The position numbers and the translations under genes were made by a program. Below are positions 30,011 through 38,409 of a stretch of DNA of 59,497 nucleotides, piece by piece; position 1 is the stretch's first letter; each line of letters begins with the position of its first letter. The DNA is from Eubacteriales bacterium (GTDB lineage: Bacteria > Bacillota > Clostridia > Oscillospirales > CAG-272), in the NCBI GenBank assembly GCA_045594445.1, contig JAZNYL010000006.1:1-59497 (forward strand), written 5' to 3'. The notes beneath the pieces were generated by a model. The model worked only from the letters and a program-made list of their open reading frames with translations. It searched no databases and had not been told where the DNA came from.

Positions 30011-31606
30011 ATGAAAAAGAAACTTGCAATTGCGCTTTTATGCCTTACGCTGACGTGCGCGCTGGCCGCTTGTAACCTCGCCGAATTTGAGTTTGGCGGG
30101 ATTGTCGGCGAGCTGCTTGGAAATATTGATCAGCCGGGTGAGAATTTTGGAGTGATTGATCCCGAACCTCCCGTGGACGGCGTGCCGATTGAGACCGCGC
30201 CGACTGAGGCTGAATCGAACGGCCATTGGGAGACCGAGACATGGATTGAGGAGATGTGGACCGAGGACGTTACCTACGGTGAGATCGAAACCGAGGGTCC
30301 TTGGGTTGAACTGCCCGTGAATATGTACGAGGGCGAGAGACTGACGCTGCTTGGCATTCATAAGCACGACCTTGGTCTGGAGAGAAGCGAAGACTCCATG
30401 CAAGAAGCCACGTATGCGCGTAATCAAGCCTTGAAGGCTTATTGCGGCATTGAGGTGGACGGCGTTCTGGTCGAGCAGACCGGGCTTTACGATCAGGTTC
30501 TCAACGACGTAATGGCCGGTAGCGGCAGCTATGATATCGTGTTCGGCTCGATTGCGCGCGACGGCTCGCGCCTGGCGCAGAACGGCGCTTTGGTCAATCT
30601 GTCGGGGCTTCCTTGGGTGGATCTGACCAATGATCGCTGGGATGAGGACATTTACAACGGTCTGGCATACGGCTCGTATCTGCCTATGGCAACGGGATCG
30701 ATCACGCCCGACTCCATGCTCAAGACCTCTGTCGTTCTGTTTAATCCCGCGCTTGCCGAGACCAATCAGATCGATATGTACAGCTACGTCCGCGACGGCG
30801 GCTGGACCATGGAAAAGATGCTTGGCATGGTGGCAAACAACTACGTGGATCTCAACGGTAACGGCATGGCGGATGCCGACGCGGATCTGTTTTCTTACGT
30901 TTCTGCCTTCGACGGAGCGCAAGCCTTTGCAACGGGTGCAGGTATATCCCTGATCGTCAAGGACGAATCGCAGATCCCCGTGCTTAGTCAGGGCTTGCCT
31001 CAGATGGAGTGGGTATACGAGGTGTTTTACAATCTGACCAATAATATCGCCTCGGTCTGGGTGACCATGAACGACGTGATGCAGGATTATGACCAATTGC
31101 AAGTGCCCGAGAAGGTCTTTGCGGACGGCAGAGCGCTGTTCTACGGTACAACGCTGGAGCAGGCTATGAATATGTCCAACGCATCCGTGCAATTCGGCAT
31201 CATGCCGTATCCCAAGGCTGATTGGGACGTCGAGGAGTATCGCTCTTACGTGGATTGCAATGCCACCGCAGTCATGGTGCCGCAGAGCGTGCGCAATCAG
31301 GATTTTGCGGGCTATGCGCTTGAAGCTTTGGGGCAGTACAACGACGGCTTGTATGACGGAGAGCTTTCCATGCGTATTTGCTCAAGCCCCGAGGATGTGG
31401 AAATGCTGCAGCTGATCCTGGAGTCCAAGACCTTTGATTTCGGCTGTAACTACATGGCCTTGACGGATAGCGATAAGGTCATGCTGTTCCGTACCGCGCT
31501 GGAGAACGATAGCTCTGCGATCGGAACTCTGTGGCAGAAATATGAGAAAGCCTTTGAAAAGCAGCTCAAAAAGCTCTGCGCACAAATGGAGTGGGCAATC
31601 GGTTGA
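30011..31606 (+). CDS. Extracellular solute-binding lipoprotein, divergent fourth copy
   Basis: Lipobox LAAC; acidic Glu/Trp-rich linker; GGWTMEKM, DLNGNG, FADGRALF, FGIMPYPK. Confidence 0.8.
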   Translation: MKKKLAIALLCLTLTCALAACNLAEFEFGGIVGELLGNIDQPGENFGVIDPEPPVDGVPIETAPTEAESNGHWETETWIEEMWTEDVTYGEIETEGPWVELPVNMYEGERLTLLGIHKHDLGLERSEDSMQEATYARNQALKAYCGIEVDGVLVEQTGLYDQVLNDVMAGSGSYDIVFGSIARDGSRLAQNGALVNLSGLPWVDLTNDRWDEDIYNGLAYGSYLPMATGSITPDSMLKTSVVLFNPALAETNQIDMYSYVRDGGWTMEKMLGMVANNYVDLNGNGMADADADLFSYVSAFDGAQAFATGAGISLIVKDESQIPVLSQGLPQMEWVYEVFYNLTNNIASVWVTMNDVMQDYDQLQVPEKVFADGRALFYGTTLEQAMNMSNASVQFGIMPYPKADWDVEEYRSYVDCNATAVMVPQSVRNQDFAGYALEALGQYNDGLYDGELSMRICSSPEDVEMLQLILESKTFDFGCNYMALTDSDKVMLFRTALENDSSAIGTLWQKYEKAFEKQLKKLCAQMEWAIG

Positions 31607-31619
31607 TCGAAATATCCGC

Positions 31620-31645
31620 AGAGGGGGCTTGTGCCCCCTCTTTTT
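31620..31645 (+). terminator. Intrinsic terminator
   Basis: AGAGGGGGC-TTGT-GCCCCCTCT followed by a T-run. Confidence 0.8.
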
Positions 31646-31699
31646 GTCTGCTTTTTGTGTTCTTGGATCTGCATTTCGTAAATTTGGTACAAATGTGTC

Positions 31700-31728
31700 T
31701 TTACAAGCCAAGGAAAATATGATATAAT
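31700..31728 (+). promoter_or_regulatory. Sigma-A promoter of the CotH lipoprotein gene
   Basis: TTTACA-N17-TATAAT with extended TG. Confidence 0.7.
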
Positions 31729-31791
31729 GTATAATCCCAAGCTGTATCTTGACGTTCTTATATAGAAATTTGAACAAGGAGGAAGATATCC

Positions 31792-34700
31792 GTGAAAAAA
31801 AGAATATCCTTCCGCGCCGTTTTATCATTGTTATTGATTTTGATCTTGCTGATGGGCGTATTTGCTGCCTGTCAAAACAATAATCCGTCCGAGCAGAGCA
31901 CCGGGGAGGAAACCAATCCTCCCGAGGAGCAAAGCACACACGGCGAGCAGGGCAGCACGCCCGGTGAAGAGCAAACCAAAGGGGACGAGATCCTCGACCC
32001 CGACGATCCCACCTACGAAGTGGCCGTGCAGTTTAAGGACGTGATGATCTCGGCCGTGTACGGTACAGGCCAGAACAAGGATGCTGCAGTTGCGCACGGC
32101 TTTATTCAACTGTATAACGCGGGAGCGGAGCAGGTTTCCCTTAAGGACGCTGCGCTGTATTACCGTGAGAATATGGGTGACGGCTACCGTCAGTTCACCT
32201 TTGCCGAGGACGCCGTGATCGAGGCGGGCGGCTATTATCTGGTCCGCATGGCCGAGGCAAGAGAGGGCGCACAGGCATACGATGCTTCGTTTGCCGTACT
32301 GGCAATTGATTCCTTTGACGCCGAGTGGCCCGTGATTCTGGATAACAAGGACATCCAATTGGCACTTGCGCCTGCAGGACAGGAGATCGACGAATCCTGC
32401 GCCGTAGAGGACATCAGCGGTACGGTTTCGTATTTCGTGGCCGCCGAGCTGGGGCACGATAGTCCCTTTGCCGTGGACAATATGTCCAAGAGCAAGGTGG
32501 CGGTGCGTACCGCGCTCAAGCATTACAGCGGATTCCATAAGGTCAATTTGATGGAAGCCACCACCGCAAAGCTGAATCAGACCTGTCCCGAGAGCTCCAA
32601 GGGCGCAAATACGGTCGTGGGCGCAAAGGTCAATGAGGTGCTGTTCTCGGCCGACGCGGGCTTTTATTCCCAAGGCTTTTGGCTGGAGCTTTCGGCACGC
32701 GAGGGCTATACCATCTATTACACCACCGACGGCACCGACCCCCGTACCAACGGCACCGTGTATTCCTCCTCCATTCCGCTGGCGGATTCCTCCGAGATGG
32801 AGTGGAGAGATACCATCAACGGCGCAATTCAGAATATGGGAGGCGATTATCGCCCGAGAAGCAAGACCATGCCGGGCGGTTACGTTATCAAGGCATACGC
32901 CACCAACGGCACGGAATCCACAGACGTCTTTACCAATACCTACTTTATTTCCGAGATCTTCAAGGACTACGGCGTGACCGTGATGTCCTTGTCTATGGAC
33001 AAGAGCCTGATCTACGGAAGTCAGGGCTTTTACAATCACTATAACAGCACCGGCGGCGCGGGCAACCAGCGTCAGACCGGTATGCTGGAGGTGTTCTCGT
33101 CGGACGGTCAGCGTCACGGCGCGTCCTACGTTGAGCTTGCCATCAGCGGGCACGGCTCGTCGGGCTGGCCGATGAAGTCGATGCGCGTCTACTACAAGAG
33201 CGCAAACAATACCGCCGTGGGTACGGACGGGGATCTCAATTACGATCTGTTCGAGGGCTACGCCCGCGATAACGACGGTCATGCCATTACCGATTTTTCG
33301 CGTCTGTTGCTCAGAAATTCGGGCAACGACTGCATGGATTCCTTTATCCGCGATGCGTATATGCAGCGCGTTTGCCGCGATCTGGACGTATATACCATGG
33401 CGTACGTGCCCGTACTGATGTTTATCAACGGTGAATTCTGGGGCGTTTACAACGCGCGCGAGCGTTACAGTCCCGAGTACGTGGAATCCCACTTCGGCGT
33501 CAATAAGGACAACGTGGCGCTGATTGAAAGCGACTATGATGGCTTGGTGCTGGGCGGTAACCCCGGCGCACCCTTCATTCCAATGGACGGTACGCAGGCG
33601 GATGCCGACGAATTCAACGCTTTGGTGGATTACATCCGCACGCATGATCTGTCCAACGAGGAGCATTACAAGTACGTCGCAGACCGACTGGACGTGAAAT
33701 CCTTTATGGATATGTATGTGGCGCGCCTGTACTTCAACGCGCGCGACTGGCCGGAGAATAATATCAAGGTGTTCAAGAACCGCGTGGCGGACGATCCCTC
33801 GGGTATGGATACCAAGTGGTATTTCACGCTGCTTGATATGGATATGGGTATTGCCTTTTATCCGGAAGGGCATTGGGCGGATACCGCCGAGAAGGCCAAC
33901 TTCTTTGGGTGGATCAATTCCACGGGTACGGTGGTAGGCACCATCATGCACGGCCTTTGCAAGAATCAGGAATTCAAGCAAACCTTTATTACGCGCTTTG
34001 CAAACGTGGTCAACGACACCTTAACGGTTGACTTTTTGGAGGCAGAGCTGGATGCGCTGATTGCAGAGCGCGAGCCGCTGCTTGGGCTGCAGAGCATGCG
34101 CTGGGGCGCGTCCGAATCGCAGTTCAAGATCTCAACCGACAATATGTATAAGTTCGTGCGCAGCAGAAACGATTACGTGATCAGCATGCTGTGCAATCAC
34201 TTTGGCATCTCTCCCTCTGATCTTGCGGTGCTGATGGATAAATCCGTGACGATTTCCTACAATCCGGAGCGCGCGGACGTGACCGTGAACGGTCAGAGCG
34301 TGACAGAGATGGGACAGAAGCTGGATTTTGAGGGCGAGGCGCAAACGCTCAGCTTGACTGTCGAGGCTACAGCCAAGCAGGGGTACGTTGTCACCTCCAT
34401 TATGTTCGTGCCCGTCACGGGCGAGATGCAGACCGTGAACGGCACAAATGCAACCTTTACGACGGATTGCTCGGGTACGGTGATTGTCAATACCAAGGCC
34501 GAGGGCAATCAGACGCCCGTGGTCGGCGTGCAAAGCGGCATTACCGCAAGCGGACATTCCACGTATTATCTGGCACCCAACGGCGATCTGTTCGCTTGGG
34601 GCATGAATCAGAATGGCATTCTGGGCATTCCGGGCGGCGGCAACGTGGCCGTGCCCACGCTTGTGGCCTCCGGCGTGGCCAAGGTGGAGGTCTGCCACAG

Positions 34701-35568
34701 CAACGACTGCGAGAATAACAACAACCAAACCATGATGGCGTATCTGACGCTGGAGGGTGAGCTTTATACGGTTGGCAGCAACAGCGCAGGCCAGCTTGGC
34801 AGAAAGGGAACGAGTACGGACGACGTACCCGGCAAGGTCAATTTCGACGGCAAAATCGTAGACGTCAGCGTAGGACACGACCACATGCTGGTGCTGGACG
34901 ATAACGGCGTGCTCTGGGGCGTGGGCTCCAATTCCTACGGCCAGCTGGGCAAGGCCAACGAGGGCGGACACACCACCTCCTTCCAGGTGGTGGCAAGTGA
35001 CGCAAAGCTGATTGCCGCAGGCCGCAGAAATACCTTCTATACCGATTCCAAAAACGTATGCTACGTGCTGGGTGATAACCGCTGGGAGAAATTCGGCACG
35101 GATGCGGATCGCTATAACACCCCTCATAAGCTTTTGACCAACGTGGTGTATATGTCCACGGGCGAGCATCAGGTGGTGCTGGTGAACAGCTCGGGTGACC
35201 TGTATTATGCAGGCTGGAGAACCTTGAGCGGTTGGAGCCAGGGCCAGGGCGCGGGCAGAGCGGTCAAGGTGACGGGTGGCGTCCAAAAGGCGGTGCTGCA
35301 CCACTCCAATATGCTCATTCTCAAGACCGACGGCTCGGTCTGGGGATACGGAAGCAATATGGGAAATGCCATGGCAGGCGCGAGCGCAACCTCCGGTTCC
35401 CCCGTTCAGATTTTGCCCGGTGGCGTGACGGATATTGCGGCAGGCTATGAGTTCAGCGCATATCTGTTCGAGAACGGTACCATTACCGTGCAGGGCTCCA
35501 ATGCCTCGGGACAGGCCGGAAACGGCAAGGAGGGTGGCAGCGTCAATATGGCAAGCCCGCTGTTTTAA
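31792..35568 (+). CDS. Large lipoprotein: lamin-tail-like domain, Fn3-associated/chitobiase-C-like domain, CotH kinase domain and C-terminal RCC1-like repeats
   Basis: Lipobox FAAC; FIQLYN (LTD-like); IYYTTDGTDP; CotH motifs LLRNSGND, INGEFWGVYNARER, DWPENN, DMDMG; repeats WGMNQNGILG, VGSNSAGQLG, VGSNSYGQLG. Confidence 0.82.
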   Translation: MKKRISFRAVLSLLLILILLMGVFAACQNNNPSEQSTGEETNPPEEQSTHGEQGSTPGEEQTKGDEILDPDDPTYEVAVQFKDVMISAVYGTGQNKDAAVAHGFIQLYNAGAEQVSLKDAALYYRENMGDGYRQFTFAEDAVIEAGGYYLVRMAEAREGAQAYDASFAVLAIDSFDAEWPVILDNKDIQLALAPAGQEIDESCAVEDISGTVSYFVAAELGHDSPFAVDNMSKSKVAVRTALKHYSGFHKVNLMEATTAKLNQTCPESSKGANTVVGAKVNEVLFSADAGFYSQGFWLELSAREGYTIYYTTDGTDPRTNGTVYSSSIPLADSSEMEWRDTINGAIQNMGGDYRPRSKTMPGGYVIKAYATNGTESTDVFTNTYFISEIFKDYGVTVMSLSMDKSLIYGSQGFYNHYNSTGGAGNQRQTGMLEVFSSDGQRHGASYVELAISGHGSSGWPMKSMRVYYKSANNTAVGTDGDLNYDLFEGYARDNDGHAITDFSRLLLRNSGNDCMDSFIRDAYMQRVCRDLDVYTMAYVPVLMFINGEFWGVYNARERYSPEYVESHFGVNKDNVALIESDYDGLVLGGNPGAPFIPMDGTQADADEFNALVDYIRTHDLSNEEHYKYVADRLDVKSFMDMYVARLYFNARDWPENNIKVFKNRVADDPSGMDTKWYFTLLDMDMGIAFYPEGHWADTAEKANFFGWINSTGTVVGTIMHGLCKNQEFKQTFITRFANVVNDTLTVDFLEAELDALIAEREPLLGLQSMRWGASESQFKISTDNMYKFVRSRNDYVISMLCNHFGISPSDLAVLMDKSVTISYNPERADVTVNGQSVTEMGQKLDFEGEAQTLSLTVEATAKQGYVVTSIMFVPVTGEMQTVNGTNATFTTDCSGTVIVNTKAEGNQTPVVGVQSGITASGHSTYYLAPNGDLFAWGMNQNGILGIPGGGNVAVPTLVASGVAKVEVCHSNDCENNNNQTMMAYLTLEGELYTVGSNSAGQLGRKGTSTDDVPGKVNFDGKIVDVSVGHDHMLVLDDNGVLWGVGSNSYGQLGKANEGGHTTSFQVVASDAKLIAAGRRNTFYTDSKNVCYVLGDNRWEKFGTDADRYNTPHKLLTNVVYMSTGEHQVVLVNSSGDLYYAGWRTLSGWSQGQGAGRAVKVTGGVQKAVLHHSNMLILKTDGSVWGYGSNMGNAMAGASATSGSPVQILPGGVTDIAAGYEFSAYLFENGTITVQGSNASGQAGNGKEGGSVNMASPLF

Positions 35569-35602
35569 TAAAAATGCAGAATGCAAAATGCCAAATTGTG
35601 AA

Positions 35603-35633
35603 AGAAAACCCTTGCAAGAGCAGGGGTTTTCTT
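35603..35633 (+). terminator. Intrinsic terminator
   Basis: AGAAAACCCTTGC-AAGA-GCAGGGGTTTTCTT. Confidence 0.75.
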
Positions 35634-35746
35634 GATCTTGCAAAAACTTTTCGCCTTCTTTACGCAAAGTGCTCCAAACTTTCACGAGGCGTTCATATCT
35701 GCGTGCTATAATGCGAGCGAGAAAAAATACCGAAAAGAGAAATGCT

Positions 35747-36205
35747 ATGTCAAAATTTCAAGAAAAATTATATCAGTTTATGTACGGCCGCTACGGCACG
35801 GACAGACTGAATCGCGTCCTGTCTGTCACCTCGCTGATCGTGCTTATCGTCTCGCTCCCCGTGTCCTGGATCTTTGGCAGAACCCTGCCGGGGATGATCG
35901 TGTCCGCGGTGCTTTATGCAATATCGCTTGGCATCTGCATCTGGGGCATGACGAGAACCTTTTCCCGCAACATTTACAAGCGCCGCGAGGAAAACGCCAA
36001 ATGGACTGCCTTTGAATATAAGGTGCGCTGCATGTTCCGCCGTCATAACGGCAATAAGGATACGGATACCCACGTGTTCCGTGATTGCCCGAAATGCAAG
36101 GCAACGCTGCGCCTGCCGCGCGATAAGGGTAAGCACACCGTGCGCTGCCCGCGCTGTGCAAAGTCCTTTACGGTCCGCGTCCGCGCCGCAAAAAAGAAAA
36201 AGTGA
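35747..36205 (+). CDS. Conserved clostridial membrane protein with C-terminal Zn ribbon
   Basis: FMYGRYGTDRLN, two TM helices, FSRNIYKRREEN, CPKC..LRLP..CPRC; TGcTATAAT at 35704-35712 upstream. Confidence 0.85.
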   Translation: MSKFQEKLYQFMYGRYGTDRLNRVLSVTSLIVLIVSLPVSWIFGRTLPGMIVSAVLYAISLGICIWGMTRTFSRNIYKRREENAKWTAFEYKVRCMFRRHNGNKDTDTHVFRDCPKCKATLRLPRDKGKHTVRCPRCAKSFTVRVRAAKKKK

Positions 36206-36214
36206 ATCAAGAGC

Positions 36215-36244
36215 AAAGCCTCACCGTCTCGGTGGGGCTTTTTT
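36215..36244. terminator. Probable bidirectional intrinsic terminator
   Basis: AAAGCCTCACCG-TCT-CGGTGGGGCTTTTTT. Confidence 0.8.
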
Positions 36245-36248
36245 ATCC

Positions 36249-36375
36249 CATGAGCGGCATGACGTCTCCCCCTACGGATGGACAGATTACATCGCTGTAA
36301 CCCATCACTTCAACCACAGTTCAAAGGTTGAGCAGGCACTCTGAAACCCACTGCATACATGACACTTGCGCCATG
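36249..36375 (-). ncRNA. Candidate structured RNA of unknown family
   Basis: Nested stems on the minus strand, including UUACA-GCGA-UGUAA (GNRA loop) and G-U pairs that work only on the minus strand; ends at the terminator. Confidence 0.35.
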
Positions 36376-36378
36376 TAC

Positions 36379-36407
36379 GAATACCTGCGGACAAGGTCGC
36401 ATATATT
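36379..36407 (+). promoter_or_regulatory. Putative sigma-E promoter of the spoIIIA operon
   Basis: gaATA-N16-CATATATT; spoIIIA is a known sigma-E operon. Confidence 0.65.
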
Positions 36408-36429
36408 TTTCCTGTAAGGGGGTGAGGGA

Positions 36430-37362
36430 ATGCGCAGCGTGATGGTCAACAGGGCAGAGGACGCGGGGATTGAGCGGCGCACGTATCTGCCGCCTATGCT
36501 GCTTCGCATGCTGCCCGAGCGGCTGATCTCGGAGCTGTATTCGGGGCATTTGCCCGAGCATATTGAGGAGATCAGATTGCACGCGGGACGGTGCGCAAGC
36601 GTGGTGGCGGACGGGCGCAATCTCCTTTTGCGCACCGTGCTGAGCGCACAGGAAATGACTGCTACGCTGACGCGCATGTGCGGCGGCTCGCTGTATTCTC
36701 ATGCTCCCACCATTGCGGAAGGATATCTGACGCTGGAGGGCGGCGTGCGCGTCGGGGTATGCGGCAGGGCTGCTTGCGAGCAGGGCGAGGTGATCGGGGT
36801 GTACGACGTATCGGGGCTTTGCATCCGCATTCCCGCGCATTTCGTGGCAAGCGGCAGGGAGATCTGCAATCTCATGCAGAAATTCCGCTATACCAAGGGC
36901 GTGCTGATCTATTCGCCACCCGGTGTGGGCAAAACAACGCTGTTGCGCGGGGTGGCCTTGGCACTTGCCTCAGGAGACGATCCGAAGCGCGTGGTGGTGA
37001 TCGACACGCGCGGCGAGATGCCGTTTTTGCAGACGGGTGCGGCACTTTGCCTTGACGTACTGGTGGGGTATCCGCGTCGCCTTGGCGTGGAGATCGCCTG
37101 CCGCACCATGAACGCGCAGGTCATGATCTGCGATGAGATCGGGGACTACAACGAGGCACTCGCGCTTGCCTCGGTGCAGAATTGCGGCGTGCCGCTGGTG
37201 GCCTCGGCGCACGCGTCAAGTGTGGAGGAGCTGCTTTGCCGTACGGGGCTGCGACTCTTGCACGATTGCAAAATGTTCGGCGCGTACGTCGGCATTTCGC
37301 GCCGCGAGGGCGGATTTTCTTATCAGGTAACCGATTGGGAGAGCGCGGATGCTTGCATTTAA
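36430..37362 (+). CDS. spoIIIAA: Stage III sporulation protein AA (ATPase)
   Basis: EEIRL, SLYSH..TIAEGYLTL.GGVRVG, SPPGVGKTTLLR, DTRGE, CDEIG. Confidence 0.93.
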   Translation: MRSVMVNRAEDAGIERRTYLPPMLLRMLPERLISELYSGHLPEHIEEIRLHAGRCASVVADGRNLLLRTVLSAQEMTATLTRMCGGSLYSHAPTIAEGYLTLEGGVRVGVCGRAACEQGEVIGVYDVSGLCIRIPAHFVASGREICNLMQKFRYTKGVLIYSPPGVGKTTLLRGVALALASGDDPKRVVVIDTRGEMPFLQTGAALCLDVLVGYPRRLGVEIACRTMNAQVMICDEIGDYNEALALASVQNCGVPLVASAHASSVEELLCRTGLRLLHDCKMFGAYVGISRREGGFSYQVTDWESADACI

Positions 37363-37825
37363 GCTGATCGGTGCACTTTTTCTGCTTGCAAGCGGCGTGG
37401 GCCTTGCCGTGGGGGCGGCGCGCTTTGAGCGCGCGCGGTTGCAGGTGCACGACGGCCTGATCTCGCTGATCTTTTTTGTCAAGGGGCGCATTGATTGCTA
37501 TGCCATGCCTGCCGAGCAGATCCTTTTGGAGATGGATAAGGGAATATTGGCCGATTGTCGGTGTCCGGGGCAGGTGGATTCAATCGAGGCGTTGCTGCCG
37601 CACGTCAAAAGCTATCTTGATCCCGAAACCTATCGCGTGCTGCAATCCTTCGGCCAGGGGCTGGGCAGCGGCTTTCGCGACGAGCAGATCAAGCGCTGCG
37701 ACTATTATATTGAGCTTTTGAGGCAAAAGCGCATGCAGCTGGAGAGTGAGCTGCCCGCAAGAGCCAGAACGAACGGAATGATATGGATCTTGTGCGCTGT
37801 GGGCGCGGTGATCCTTTTGTGGTGA
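37349..37825 (+). CDS. spoIIIAB: Stage III sporulation protein AB
   Basis: KLIGA N-terminal TM, GQGLG..DEQI, C-terminal TM; operon position. Confidence 0.85.
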   Translation: MLAFKLIGALFLLASGVGLAVGAARFERARLQVHDGLISLIFFVKGRIDCYAMPAEQILLEMDKGILADCRCPGQVDSIEALLPHVKSYLDPETYRVLQSFGQGLGSGFRDEQIKRCDYYIELLRQKRMQLESELPARARTNGMIWILCAVGAVILLW

Positions 37826-37828
37826 GGC

Positions 37829-38023
37829 ATGGAAGTTGGGTTGATCTTAAAGGTGGCGGGCGTGGGACTGCTGGTATCGGTCGCTGCGCAGATTCTGAAC
37901 AAATCGGGTAGGGATGAGCAGGCAACGCTTGTCACGGTGGCGGGGATCGTGGTGGTGCTGCTCATGCTGATTGAGCAGATCGGGGATCTGTTTGCGCTGG
38001 TTTACGCCACCTTTGGCTTTTGA
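37829..38023 (+). CDS. spoIIIAC: Stage III sporulation protein AC
   Basis: LILKVAGVG..QILNKSGRDEQATLVTVAG. Confidence 0.95.
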   Translation: MEVGLILKVAGVGLLVSVAAQILNKSGRDEQATLVTVAGIVVVLLMLIEQIGDLFALVYATFGF

Positions 38024-38025
38024 AT

Positions 38026-38409
38026 ATGGACGTTTTGAAGATTTGCGGCATCGCGCTGCTGTGTCTTGTCAGCGTTTGGGTGCTGCGTTCGTGGCGCGTG
38101 GAGATGACCTTTCCCGTGCGCGCCGCGGGCACGGTGTTGATTTTCGGCATGATGCTGGCGGCCGCGCAGCCGATTGTGGAGATGATCCGGGGGATTTCGC
38201 AGCAAAGCATGCCCGAGGCGCACGGGGAGGTGCTGCTCTCGGGGCTTGGCATCTCTCTTTTGTGTGCGCTCGGCGCGGGGATCTGCCGTGATTTTGGCGA
38301 GAGCGGATTGGCGTCTGCTATTGAAAGCGCGGGTAAGATCGCCATTGTGATCAAGGCGCTGCCGCTGATCTATGAAATTCTGGGAATGACAAAGGAGCTA
38401 TTAGCGTGA
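38026..38409 (+). CDS. spoIIIAD: Stage III sporulation protein AD
   Basis: ICRDFGESGLASAIESAGKIAI..LP motif. Alternative TTG start at 38020. Confidence 0.9.
   Translation: MDVLKICGIALLCLVSVWVLRSWRVEMTFPVRAAGTVLIFGMMLAAAQPIVEMIRGISQQSMPEAHGEVLLSGLGISLLCALGAGICRDFGESGLASAIESAGKIAIVIKALPLIYEILGMTKELLA

Noticed and set aside
19380..35640. Accessory block as a mobile element or prophage
   Set aside because: No integrase, transposase, tRNA target or flanking direct repeats seen; codon style resembles the flanking core genes.
36296..36331. Resemblance of minus-strand CCUUUGAAC..GGUUGAAG..GGGUUACAGC to 6S RNA sequences
   Set aside because: No complementary GUUCA partner or central bubble in the expected place, so it is not called 6S.
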